Part shown: in pieces, positions 1 through 9,387 of the stretch | How positions within the stretch are numbered: the stretch's first letter is position 1 | Layout: each line of letters starts with the position of its first letter | Assembly: GCA_016839815.1 (NCBI GenBank) | Contig: JAEOTM010000145.1 | Span: 1 to 64,000, forward strand | Direction: 5' to 3' | Length of the DNA stretch: 64,000 bases | DNA from: Candidatus Hodarchaeota archaeon | GTDB lineage: Archaea; Asgardarchaeota; Heimdallarchaeia; Hodarchaeales; Hodarchaeaceae | Position numbers and translations under genes: made by a program | The notes under the pieces: model-generated | What the model was told of the DNA's origin: nothing | Seen by the model: the letters and a program-made list of their open reading frames with translations, nothing else | The model's database searches: none

Positions 1-1104
1 CAATCTTTTTGGCATCCCATACTGCGTATTGGAGTTATTTGGACATGTTCTAGCATTATGGAAAAATACTCCATCAATATTAAACTCATCTATCATATTT
101 TTCAAGTATTTTATCTTACTAGCTTCGGATTGGTTAATGAAAAGTTTCGTGTAAGCTCTAGCCATGCTTGAAAAGGGTTCATTCCGATTGAAATCGGAAA
201 ATATCCAACTATTGCAGTATGTAGATGCAACCACGCTTGTTTGTAGATCATATAACTGATCTGAAAGAGCCCGTAATTTCCCCCAAATTGGCATACCTTC
301 CCAGTAAATTCGAAATTTCTCGTTCTCTACTGCAGAAATCCTTTCATCGATTCGAGTTTCAATTTCTTTCTTGAGCATCTTGTAATAGTCAACGGCAATT
401 TGGTTCCCTCTAAGAATAACCGCTGGTAACATATGGATGCATCCATCAAAAAATGTTATGGGAGAAGGGATGGTTGCTGCTGTCCTTAACACATCTAACC
501 AAAGATTACTACAATCATGTGAAAGTTGTAAAATCTCTTGAAGTCTGTTCTTATCAAAAGCCTGATCTGTTACATCTTCTAGAGATATAGTCATTTCCTT
601 CATTTGTTCTGTCACTGTGTCAATATGACTTTGTTTGAGTTCATTTACAAAACCTGGTGAATTAATTCCAAAAATCGGAACATTGAATTCATTCGCATAA
701 AAAGAAAACCAATCCTGAACATCTCTACATTGATTAGTATTGAATATTAAAACATCAGGTTTAGGAATCTCTTTTATTCCATACGCTTTTGTAAAAGGTG
801 TTTCATTCTTCAAATAAGCTCCTATATCACTGGTGAGATAACTACAGATCTCAGGGGAGTAACCTTGAGCAACTGAAGTAGGAATATAATCATTTGCGGT
901 ACGACTAGCTCCTAGCATTGCAGCATGATTTTCAGGATAATAAACTAAAAAACCCATCGCTAAAAGTAGCTCTGCAGGGCCTACACTCGAACACCAAGCA
1001 ATTTTTTTGTTGGAATTAGTTGATGCTTCTTCTAATTCTTTGTAATAAGATGTTGCGATTTTCTTTAACTCTTGAGTCGATTTTAAGGGTGGCGTTTTCA
1101 CCAT
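1..1104 (-). CDS. 2-hydroxyacyl-CoA dehydratase / benzoyl-CoA reductase subunit (HgdA/FldB/BcrB-like), runs off the window start
   Basis: Not in the ORF track. Translated by hand from ATG at 1104: MVKTPPLKSTQELKK...WCSSVGPAELLLAMGFLVYYPENHAAMLG...ICSY...NTNQC...YWEGMPIWG...HNARTC. YPENH, CSY and the Cys ligands are typical of this family. Confidence 0.85.
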   Translation of the reverse strand, partial: MVKTPPLKSTQELKKIATSYYKELEEASTNSNKKIAWCSSVGPAELLLAMGFLVYYPENHAAMLGASRTANDYIPTSVAQGYSPEICSYLTSDIGAYLKNETPFTKAYGIKEIPKPDVLIFNTNQCRDVQDWFSFYANEFNVPIFGINSPGFVNELKQSHIDTVTEQMKEMTISLEDVTDQAFDKNRLQEILQLSHDCSNLWLDVLRTAATIPSPITFFDGCIHMLPAVILRGNQIAVDYYKMLKKEIETRIDERISAVENEKFRIYWEGMPIWGKLRALSDQLYDLQTSVVASTYCNSWIFSDFNRNEPFSSMARAYTKLFINQSEASKIKYLKNMIDEFNIDGVFFHNARTCPNNSNTQYGMPKRL

Positions 1105-1208
1105 TTTAATCAAATTTCCATGAAAATGTAATAATATCCTTGAATTTTAAACTAGATATTTTTTCTTTATCTTCTAGGCTTTGAAGACCTAAATATTAAT
1201 GAAGACTT

Positions 1209-1730
1209 TTAAAGCTGTTTAAGGCTATCAATGTACCTTCTTGGTAATGTTTGATAAAGTTTGGTGGCTATCCAACTGCTTTCTCGCTGTTCATCAGATA
1301 TTTTACCTATAATTTTACCTGGAACTCCTATAACGAGACTATTAGCTTCAATCACTTTTCTACGAGGAATAACACATCCCTCACCGATAATACACTCATC
1401 ACCTATCTTAACCCAATTTCCAATTACAGCATTCATACCAATAAGGACATGGACACCCAATTCTGCTTGATGAACTACTGCATTGTGCCCGATGTGGCAA
1501 TTCTTCCCTAATAGTGTCTTTTCATTCGGAATAGAATGTAAAGTGCAATTATCCTGAATGTTTGATCCATCACCAATTTCAATAACACCCCAATCACCTC
1601 TGATCACCGCGTTTGGGCCAATAAAGCAGTTCTTTCCAATTTTTACATCCCCAATTACAACAGCTGACGGAAAAACATAAGCTGACTTAGCTATTTTTGG
1701 TTTTTTTCCTTCAAATTCATATAAAACCAT
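1209..1730 (-). CDS. Gamma-carbonic-anhydrase-like hexapeptide repeat protein (PaaY/CaiE-like)
   Basis: IGDVKIG, IRGDWG, NIQDNCTLH and HIGHNAVVH motifs. Start moved to MVLYEFEG (ATG 1730, upstream GGTGG). Confidence 0.85.
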   Translation of the reverse strand: MVLYEFEGKKPKIAKSAYVFPSAVVIGDVKIGKNCFIGPNAVIRGDWGVIEIGDGSNIQDNCTLHSIPNEKTLLGKNCHIGHNAVVHQAELGVHVLIGMNAVIGNWVKIGDECIIGEGCVIPRRKVIEANSLVIGVPGKIIGKISDEQRESSWIATKLYQTLPRRYIDSLKQL

Positions 1731-1841
1731 TTTTACCACCATTAATGATTGCAAATCATTATTCCCATTATAAAAATAAGTTCGTTCCAGTAAGGATTAT
1801 TTATTAATCCTTTCTTACTGAACATCTGTGGTGAATCATAC

Positions 1842-2618
1842 ATGTTGAAAAACGTTTCTCTTGAAACTATTTCAGAAGGAATCGCTAAAATTACTTTTAT
1901 TCGTGAAAAAGCTCTTAATGCAATTAATGTTGACACTCTCAAAGAATTAAAACAAGTCATTAACCAATTAGAAGAAAACAAAGAAGAATTTCGAGTATTA
2001 ATTTTTAAAGGAAAAGGAAGAGCTTTCGTAGCTGGTGCAGATATAAAAGAATTCCAAGGAAAATCTATTGCTGAAGTTAAAGCTTTCACAATCCAATTCC
2101 AACAAATTATTACCAGGATAGAAATGCTACCTATCATAACGATAGCTGCTGTTAATGGTTTTGCCTTTGGAGCGGGATGTGAGCTAGCTATGGCTTGTGA
2201 TTTAAGAATTGCATCCACAAAAGCAGTTTTTGGCCAACCAGAGATAAAATTAGGCATAATTCCAGGTGCAGGCGGAACTCAACGTCTTCCTAGGCTTATA
2301 GGTAAAACACGAGCTAAAGAGATGATTCTCTTAGGTGATAACATTAGTGCGGAAGAAGCAATGAAAATTGGTCTTGTGAATAAAATCGTTGAACCAGAAG
2401 ATCTCGATTCCGCCGTTGATAAAGTTGTAGAACGATTAGTTTCTGGACCACGATTCGCTCTATCACAAGCTAAAGAAGCTATTGATCGTGGAACAGAAAT
2501 GTCATGGTTTGATGCAATTCAAATGGAAGCGAACCTTTGCACACTTTGTTTTACACATCAAGATGTTCAAGAAGGTATAAATGCCTTTCTTGAAAAAAGA
2601 AAACCCAATTTCGAATGA
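1842..2618 (+). CDS. Enoyl-CoA hydratase/isomerase (crotonase)
   Basis: AFVAGADI, AAVNGFAFGAGCELAMACD, FGQPEIKLGIIPGAGGTQRL; both catalytic Glu present. Confidence 0.95.
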   Translation: MLKNVSLETISEGIAKITFIREKALNAINVDTLKELKQVINQLEENKEEFRVLIFKGKGRAFVAGADIKEFQGKSIAEVKAFTIQFQQIITRIEMLPIITIAAVNGFAFGAGCELAMACDLRIASTKAVFGQPEIKLGIIPGAGGTQRLPRLIGKTRAKEMILLGDNISAEEAMKIGLVNKIVEPEDLDSAVDKVVERLVSGPRFALSQAKEAIDRGTEMSWFDAIQMEANLCTLCFTHQDVQEGINAFLEKRKPNFE

Positions 2619-2894
2619 AAAAGTTTTTCAAACTTAAAAATCATTAGATATCTCAAACAGTAAGCAAGTGTCGTACAACTCTGCCTTTATAGAATTACAT
2701 TAATAGACTAGGTTTTTCCCAGTCATTTCCATTCTGAACTCTATATTTCACACTGTACGTGCGATTTTCCTGCTTTTCCAACGTTTTCAATTACTTTAAA
2801 TAATCCGTCTGGTAATTCAACTGGAACATTTCATCTTTGGTCGGGAAATGAAATAAAAAACGAGCTCCAGCTCACTGTCTCCACCCTTTTCTTA

Positions 2895-4022
2895 TCATAT
2901 ATTCTTCATTAAATCTCTTCTGATTATCTCTGAACTGCGGTAACTCTCCCAGAGTGCCAAGAATTGTTTAAGAGATTGGTCATTCTCATAGATTTTCTCC
3001 CGTGCTACTTGCTTTTTCTTTAACATCTCAAGAAAGGCTTTTTCCAATGTGGCTTCATAATAGTGGCTTTGTTTCTCCAGAAGATCTTTTTGTTCACACT
3101 TTTTGATGGTCTTAATCGCGATTTGACCTGACTGAAGGGCATAAGGAATTCCTTTTCCACTTATAGGATCCACAAAGCCTCCTGCGTCCCCAATTGCGTA
3201 TACATTCTCGTGATAAATCTGTGAACGAATACCTACGGGAATTAAGTGAGCTTTAAAGCGGGTTAGTGGTGCCTCCTGTACCATGGTTCTGACCAAGGGG
3301 AGTTTATGGAGTTTTTTAAACTCCTGTTTTGCATGTTTTACTCTTGATAGTTGATTTCCCCACCCTACTGTGAGTTCCTGGTTTTTTGGAAATAACCATC
3401 CATACCCTAGTTGACTGAGCTGCTTGACACTAAAAAACAAGTGTAGACTATCCTTGCCTAGCCATTGGGTAATTTTTTGGTTTGTAACTTTCCGCTCCTC
3501 AGTAATGGTTATGATTATATCTTCAGATGCAATACGTGGCCATTTGAGTTGTTTCAGTGTGGGTGATGTTACTCCATCCGCTGCAAGTATATATTTTCCC
3601 TGATACTTACCTTTGGGTGTGAATACTGTATAATTTTCCCCCTGTCTTTTTAGGTCTACCACTGCTTCATTTTCTTTAATTATTCCTCCCTGATCCTTAA
3701 GTTGATCTACTAGAAATTTATCAAATACACTTCGCCAGACGACAGCTCCCTTTCCTTTCTTCGTATAGTTTTCTCCATCGAGGTGGTGTAGTTCTAAGGT
3801 TTCGACTACCCGTTCAATTTTGTCTTCTGGGTAAGCTAGTTTTTCTACCAACTTCCAATCCATGGCCCCACCACAGGCTTTATATCGTCCTTTTGGTTCT
3901 AGTGTAGCTTTTTCAATCAGACACACTGAGTAACCATTCTCTAGTGCATGGATAGCGGCTCCTGCTCCTCCTGGGCCAGCCCCTATAGCTATTATATCAA
4001 AACAGTTTGAAGACTCTGTCAT
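2895..4022 (-). CDS. Geranylgeranyl reductase family FAD-dependent oxidoreductase
   Basis: GAGPGG dinucleotide motif, KACGG, GYGWLFPK, IGDAGGFVDPISGKGI. Start likely MTESS (4022) rather than 4070. Confidence 0.85.
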   Translation of the reverse strand: MTESSNCFDIIAIGAGPGGAGAAIHALENGYSVCLIEKATLEPKGRYKACGGAMDWKLVEKLAYPEDKIERVVETLELHHLDGENYTKKGKGAVVWRSVFDKFLVDQLKDQGGIIKENEAVVDLKRQGENYTVFTPKGKYQGKYILAADGVTSPTLKQLKWPRIASEDIIITITEERKVTNQKITQWLGKDSLHLFFSVKQLSQLGYGWLFPKNQELTVGWGNQLSRVKHAKQEFKKLHKLPLVRTMVQEAPLTRFKAHLIPVGIRSQIYHENVYAIGDAGGFVDPISGKGIPYALQSGQIAIKTIKKCEQKDLLEKQSHYYEATLEKAFLEMLKKKQVAREKIYENDQSLKQFLALWESYRSSEIIRRDLMKNI

Positions 4023-4072
4023 TTCTCTCTCAATAAATAGTTCTATGAAGGTTATAAAAACACAAGTCACTT

Positions 4073-4930
4073 TTATTTTTCATTCTTTTGAGTTGTCTTC
4101 CAATTATAGTGATGAGCAATTTGGGTAAATAAAGTTAAGATTCCAGGAAGACGTTCTCTAACCCATACAAGCCTTGAATATTCGTTTTGATCAGCTTGAT
4201 TTGCTAGGGCCATCATTTCTGCATACATGGGTGTGAGTTTATCCCTGACTGAAATGTATTCGAGAGAGTCAAGTTTCTTTAATACCAGTTCCTGATTCTT
4301 CTCTTTGAATGCTTGTAGACATTCATTTAAGAGCTGTTTATGCTGCTCTGGGGTGGATTTTTGATTGATTTCCCGCTCAATCACCTGTAACAATGAAGGA
4401 ATCCCCACTGGGGTCGGCTCAGCTGCTTTTTCCATGTGTTGGCTAGCTTTTTTTAATTTAACTTCCTTTTCAACATGTAAAACCACTCTCTTAACACGAC
4501 GTGCAAACAAGACATTAATTAATTTGTGAATCTGATATAATATAATTCCTAGTACAATTGAACCAACAATCAATCCTACTCCTAACTGTGGATCATCTTT
4601 ACCCATCGTAACACTCGCCAAAAATAATCCTACCACCAAGAGAACTGAAATGATTTTGTAAGGGATTAATACTCTTCTTGAAATTCTTGTTAATCTCTCT
4701 AAGCCTACACTTTGGGTCTCGGTCAAAGAATCATAACATCGATTACATACTCTAGCTCTCGTTACTCCTCTATTACACTTTTTACACGGTTTCCCTCCAC
4801 ACCGTATACAGATGAGTGGTTCAATATCTTTCTCTTTGGGCTTGGAGTCAAATGTTTCCCTTACCCGTTTTCTACAATCACAACACAAGTAGTCAATATA
4901 ATAGGTTGTAACCTTAACTATTTTGATCAT
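4073..4930 (-). CDS. Hypothetical membrane protein with N-terminal multi-CxxC Zn-binding region and 2 TM helices
   Basis: CCDC, CIRC, CKKC and CNRC pairs, then two hydrophobic segments and a helical C-terminal domain. Confidence 0.7.
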   Translation of the reverse strand: MIKIVKVTTYYIDYLCCDCRKRVRETFDSKPKEKDIEPLICIRCGGKPCKKCNRGVTRARVCNRCYDSLTETQSVGLERLTRISRRVLIPYKIISVLLVVGLFLASVTMGKDDPQLGVGLIVGSIVLGIILYQIHKLINVLFARRVKRVVLHVEKEVKLKKASQHMEKAAEPTPVGIPSLLQVIEREINQKSTPEQHKQLLNECLQAFKEKNQELVLKKLDSLEYISVRDKLTPMYAEMMALANQADQNEYSRLVWVRERLPGILTLFTQIAHHYNWKTTQKNEK

Positions 4931-5122
4931 TCCTCGTACCGAGTAGTAATACCGTTTTAATTTTCAACTTACCAAATAAGGATTTCGATGTTGTTTTGCG
5001 TTAAAAAATTGGATTGGCTTATTTCCACAAACTTGCTTGAGAGAGAGAGCTGATCTTAAATATCTGAATTATTTCAGGTTTTAACCACTTGAAGTCTTAG
5101 AATAAGCATAGGGGTTTAGAAC

Positions 5123-5401
5123 ATGGGTTTGAAAAGAAAACTACTGATAGGGTTATTCATTGTTGGCTTTATTGTTGGATTCATCCTTTTTCTTGACGAA
5201 ATTCGTATTATTCCATTTTTGGAAGGATTAAAACCTTTTTTAGATGATATTGGTTTTCCTGAACGAATTTTACCAGATTTGAGTGAATTTCATATTGCGG
5301 GTATCCATCATTGGATGTTTGGAGTTCTTTTAATGTTTGGTTGTGGCTTTGGATTGATATATACTATCAAAAACGTTGAAAGTTACGATTACTTCTCCTA
5401 G
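5123..5401 (+). CDS. Small membrane protein (2 TM, HHW motif)
   Basis: 92-aa ORF with two hydrophobic segments; GGGG upstream of the ATG. Confidence 0.65.
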   Translation: MGLKRKLLIGLFIVGFIVGFILFLDEIRIIPFLEGLKPFLDDIGFPERILPDLSEFHIAGIHHWMFGVLLMFGCGFGLIYTIKNVESYDYFS

Positions 5402-5416
5402 ATTTTCCTGATTCCG

Positions 5417-5914
5417 ATGATCCTCACCACGATTTTGATGAATGGTCTTTTTTACACCTTAATTTGTGCTGTCTATTTACTTATTATTATGGTGACTTTC
5501 AATCCCAGAATTTGGGGTTATCAAGATTATCCAGACCGAGTCAAGGAAAAAGTAGCTCCTCAATCTCGTAAAGAAAGAGGGATTGCTGGTCTCATTAGTT
5601 TCCCATGGTTTCTTTTCCTCCTCGCGTATCCGTTGATATCGACTGTCTTATTGGAACGAGATCTTGGGGGGGACATTCGATTTGAAGTTGCTTTTCTGAA
5701 TATCTTCTTTATGGTTTTTTTATTTTTTCTCGTTGATTTAGTGCTTTTAGACTGGTTGATCATCAGTAAAATTACTCCTAACTTTGTAATTATTGAGGGT
5801 ACCACTTCTGATGATTACAAGGATTTTTCTTCTCATTACAAAGGGCATTTTTTTGCCTTTCTTCCTTTAATATTTGTATGTGGTCTTTTAGCATTACTTA
5901 TTGTGATTTTTTAA
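5417..5914 (+). CDS. Hypothetical 4-TM membrane protein
   Basis: Four hydrophobic segments; DYP and DLVLLDWLI motifs. Confidence 0.7.
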   Translation: MILTTILMNGLFYTLICAVYLLIIMVTFNPRIWGYQDYPDRVKEKVAPQSRKERGIAGLISFPWFLFLLAYPLISTVLLERDLGGDIRFEVAFLNIFFMVFLFFLVDLVLLDWLIISKITPNFVIIEGTTSDDYKDFSSHYKGHFFAFLPLIFVCGLLALLIVIF

Positions 5915-5925
5915 GTAACGGGGCC

Positions 5926-7017
5926 TTATCTGGGAGAAAAATCTTGCATTGGATACAACAATATCAAGATAACCGATAAAATCACCGCTATCCCCCCATA
6001 TACTACGAGAATGACCAGAATTTCCCTGTTCCGAGTAGGCCATTCCTTTTTGATAAAAACTAGATTTACTCGACTAAACATTGTGCGAATTTGTTTGGGC
6101 AATGGAAAAAGTACTGACGTTTGTTGCTGGTATGTTTTATATTGGCCTTCGTATTTCTCTATCAGTTTATTTTCATCCTGAAAGATAATAGCTATTATGA
6201 ACAAACTAAATAACAGCATAAAAGTGCTTGGGGGGGTAATTGGTGACCAAAATTTTCCCACTGCGAGAAAGAATGATTCCCCCCAAGTAATTAGCAGAAT
6301 ACCAAGATATTGGGGATGTCGTGAATACTTGTAGATCCAAAAATCAATCAAGTCTACGCTATTGAATTTCCCATACAACCAGGTAATTGTTCCGCATAAG
6401 AAGAAAAATACACCTAGCACCAGAATAGTCATCGGATAAGCTAGGATCATGCTTTTAAGTAAACCCTCTAGCGGTTCTGGCATGAAACCAAGTATGTTTA
6501 ATCCTAGGATAGTTGGGGCGTAGATTATTTCTCCCAGTCTGAGAAGTTCAGGTGAGAGTTCAAAAAACGGTTGCCAGAGCACTGTAAGGATTCCTGCACC
6601 CGAAAAAAAGTACATCTTGAATGCAAATTGACTGAATGTAGGTATATGGAGGAGTATGCTCCCGAATACTGAAATTTTATACTTTTGAATCACAAACCCG
6701 ACTATAATTATCAGAAAAAGTAAAATAAGTATTAATAACCCGATTTCTTGAAACGTCTCTAATAATTGGAGATACTCATTTTGGATTTCAATCCAGTCGT
6801 TGTCACTTCTATCTTGACCAATAATCCATGGATCAAACATTACATGATCTAGAAAGTACCTACCTACCATCGTGGCTAGTATTATTGATGTAAATACAAG
6901 GCTGATGGTTAGGATCAGTGATAAACCCAATGTACTCCCTATAATTATGTATTTCCGGATTGTTGGGAGTGTGTTTTGATAATCCATAGAACCTTGTTCA
7001 GAATTTTCCATTTTCAT
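5926..7017 (-). CDS. Polytopic membrane protein with ICMT/PEMT/DUF1295-type methyltransferase domain
   Basis: IYKYSRHPQYLG motif and C-terminal ENKLIEKY..QYKTYQQQT..LFP signature. Confidence 0.75.
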   Translation of the reverse strand: MKMENSEQGSMDYQNTLPTIRKYIIIGSTLGLSLILTISLVFTSIILATMVGRYFLDHVMFDPWIIGQDRSDNDWIEIQNEYLQLLETFQEIGLLILILLFLIIIVGFVIQKYKISVFGSILLHIPTFSQFAFKMYFFSGAGILTVLWQPFFELSPELLRLGEIIYAPTILGLNILGFMPEPLEGLLKSMILAYPMTILVLGVFFFLCGTITWLYGKFNSVDLIDFWIYKYSRHPQYLGILLITWGESFFLAVGKFWSPITPPSTFMLLFSLFIIAIIFQDENKLIEKYEGQYKTYQQQTSVLFPLPKQIRTMFSRVNLVFIKKEWPTRNREILVILVVYGGIAVILSVILILLYPMQDFSPR

Positions 7018-7134
7018 TTTTCCTTCTGATCGTAATAGTGCTGAAAGACTTTGATATTGAAGTTATGGTTTGGTTTTTTACGCTTATTTATTGATTCTTG
7101 ATTTTCTTAATTCTTTTGACTTCATTCCTCTTGT

Positions 7135-7713
7135 TTAATGTGGTCTATTGATATACCCTCGTAATGAGGCTCCTACAAATGCAAAAAGGGTTCCTCCAAT
7201 AAAATGGAGAAGTAAGACAGGCAAGATGGAATACAGGGGAAGCCGAGGTAGCTCAGATAAAAGCCAATATAGTCGCACACCATCCCCTGTTAAACCGTAT
7301 ATCACGACTAATATGACAGATGTGACTAATATTGTTAAAATAACCCCTAGATATGAGAGGAGTGTTATCGTCTCTCCTGTTTTCCGATCCTGGGTGATAA
7401 ATGCGGTAAGGAATGCGGTTACGCTCAGAGCTACTAGAATGATTACGATAGGTAAAGGCATGGGTGACTGAACAAGTGATTCCCACGGAGGAGACAGATA
7501 AAAAACATAGAGTCGGAGTATGAATACAATGTTAATTTTACTCCAAAGATTAGTTACTGTCTGATCTAGTTGAATAAGAATCAGTATAAATTGAATAAGA
7601 ATGATACTATGATATATTCCAATCCCCAGAGCCACACTTTTTCTCTTTTCTCTTAGAACTCTTCTTACTTCGTCGATATAGATACTCTGAATGTATTTTT
7701 TCGTCTCTGTCAT
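7135..7713 (-). CDS. Hypothetical multi-TM membrane protein (paralog of 39526..40116)
   Basis: Shared blocks with the paralog: YIDEVRRVL/YIHEFKRAL, LSPPW/ISPTW, ALSVTAF/AISVTAF, SYLGVIL/SYLGVLL, LPVLLLHFI/LPVTIIHFI. Confidence 0.75.
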   Translation of the reverse strand: MTETKKYIQSIYIDEVRRVLREKRKSVALGIGIYHSIILIQFILILIQLDQTVTNLWSKINIVFILRLYVFYLSPPWESLVQSPMPLPIVIILVALSVTAFLTAFITQDRKTGETITLLSYLGVILTILVTSVILVVIYGLTGDGVRLYWLLSELPRLPLYSILPVLLLHFIGGTLFAFVGASLRGYINRPH

Positions 7714-7815
7714 GAGCTCCTTCTACCGTTTCACAATTTTAATTATTTCTCTTTATCTATATTTATATGGTATGATCAATTATTTAAAATAGGTTGAGAT
7801 TCCTTAGGGATTCCT

Positions 7816-8520
7816 GTGAGATTAAAAGCCCACTGGATTCTCCTCCTTCTTTGTTTTTCATTGTTATTAGACCAAAGTAGTGCGTACTCTCTTGTTGAAG
7901 AACAACCCACCTGGTGGGTAGAAATTGGTGATCTTCGTGCATATCTTCTTACTACTTATTATAACACCACCGCAGAGGGGAGTACTAGTCACCTAGTGAC
8001 TACTATACGAGCTATAAACGGATCAACCTATCCAGTCACTCTTGAAATCGGTACTGTTATTCAATTGAATGTTACTTCGTTTTTCGATGACATTCCTGTT
8101 GGTACAATCTTTCTTTATAATCCTGTTTTTTCTGATTGCTGGCTTTCCTTCTTCCCTCTTACTTTCATGCAAAAAACGATTGATAATGCCTCTTTTTGGC
8201 GTCAGTTCTCGGCGTATGATGTGATTGGAGATTTTGTGATTGAAAATAGTTTTCGGCAAATTGAATGTTTTGAATTTCATTATATCTATCGTAAATTCAA
8301 CTTCCACACAGGTTGGATAGAACATCTTAATCATACTCTCACCATGAGCACTACGAAGTGGTGGGAATTTGAAATTATACGAATCGATGTACCACAAACT
8401 TCCGTGTCTCCACAGCTATTTATTCCTGGTTTTATTCTTCCTTCACTCGTTTTTCTTATACTTCCCCTTTTCGGTAAGTATAAGCGGAGAAGATCCTCCC
8501 CCCCTCCTTTTTCTCCCTAG
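7816..8520 (+). CDS. Secreted surface protein with PGF-like C-terminal TM/basic sorting tail
   Basis: Signal peptide; FNFHTGW motif; C-terminal IPGF, hydrophobic helix and KYKRRR. Confidence 0.7.
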   Translation: MRLKAHWILLLLCFSLLLDQSSAYSLVEEQPTWWVEIGDLRAYLLTTYYNTTAEGSTSHLVTTIRAINGSTYPVTLEIGTVIQLNVTSFFDDIPVGTIFLYNPVFSDCWLSFFPLTFMQKTIDNASFWRQFSAYDVIGDFVIENSFRQIECFEFHYIYRKFNFHTGWIEHLNHTLTMSTTKWWEFEIIRIDVPQTSVSPQLFIPGFILPSLVFLILPLFGKYKRRRSSPPPFSP

Positions 8521-8582
8521 AAATTCATTCAGTTTTTCATTATTTCTTGGGTATAATAGTCACTTGAATTTCAAACGTAATA

Positions 8583-8610
8583 TTTTTATAGCTGTAGTAC
8601 ATGTATATAC
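8583..8610 (+). promoter_or_regulatory. Putative TATA box and overlapping short palindromes (candidate antitoxin operator) upstream of vapBC
   Basis: TTTTTATA at 8583-8590; palindromes TACATGTA (8598-8605) and GTATATAC (8603-8610). Confidence 0.35.
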
Positions 8611-8621
8611 CTGTGGAAAGA

Positions 8622-8852
8622 ATGGTGAATATAAGTGTACGTATCGATAAAGCACTGAAAGAGAAGATGGAACAGTTAAAAGAAGTTAACTGGAGTGAAA
8701 TTATCAGAGAGGCTATAAAAGTGCGCATTAATCAAGAAAACCAGCGAAATCTGGCAAAAGCAGTCTTAATTAATGAACAAATTCGAAAATCTGCTACTCA
8801 GGATTATGATAGTGCCTTGATTATTCGTGAATGGAGAGACACTCGTCAGTAA
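8622..8852 (+). CDS. vapB: Ribbon-helix-helix antitoxin (VapB-type)
   Basis: NISVRIDKALKEKM...VNWSEIIREAI RHH pattern; IIREWRD C-terminus typical of archaeal VapB; directly upstream of a PIN toxin. Confidence 0.8.
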   Translation: MVNISVRIDKALKEKMEQLKEVNWSEIIREAIKVRINQENQRNLAKAVLINEQIRKSATQDYDSALIIREWRDTRQ

Positions 8853-8883
8853 TCTGCTAACCACTCTTAGGACTGAGAATATT

Positions 8884-9315
8884 ATGCAGCAATTAGTGGT
8901 CGATGCAAGTATCGTGGTTAAGTGGTTTATTCGAGAAAAGCTTAGTGATCTTGCCCTCCAGCTTCGTGATTCTTTTGTTGATGGTCAATTTAAGTTGTTT
9001 AGTCCCTCCTTACTTCACTATGAAGTCCTCAATGCTTTAAAATACAGCAAACTTTTCCTCACCTCCGAACTTGAATTGGCCGCCACTTCTTTGGAAAACT
9101 ATGGGATTATTCTTGTTCCCTTGAACGGTTCTTATGCCCAAACAGTTGTTAATCTTGCCCTGAAGTATGATGTATCGATTTATGATGCAGCTTATGTTGG
9201 TTTAGCTGATATCTTGGACATTCAGGCTTATTCCGCTGATCAGAAGCTTATATCCAAGGTTTCCAAAGATTACGCAAGATCATTTCTTTTCCTTGAAGAT
9301 CTACAGATCTCGTAA
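8884..9315 (+). CDS. vapC: PIN-domain toxin VapC
   Basis: VVDASIVVKW, EVLNAL, SIYDAAYVGLA, SADQKL carry the PIN acidic residues. Start taken at MQQLVVD. Confidence 0.9.
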   Translation: MQQLVVDASIVVKWFIREKLSDLALQLRDSFVDGQFKLFSPSLLHYEVLNALKYSKLFLTSELELAATSLENYGIILVPLNGSYAQTVVNLALKYDVSIYDAAYVGLADILDIQAYSADQKLISKVSKDYARSFLFLEDLQIS

Positions 9316-9387
9316 TTGTTGACTATTTGGGCCTAGCTCCTCTCCCCCCGCTTCTTCTCACACCTCTTGATCAAGAAGGCACAAAAA

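Noticed and set aside
2696-2830. Minus-strand fragments (NVPVELPDGLFKVIE / LEKQENRTYS) resembling a frameshifted RHH protein
   Set aside because: Too short, needs an assumed frameshift and has no clear start.
5039-5049. (GA)5 microsatellite
   Set aside because: Short enough to occur by chance and has no evident functional context.
8622-9315. VapBC as a marker of a mobile or defence island
   Set aside because: No mobility or defence genes flank it; solitary vapBC pairs are ordinary in archaea.
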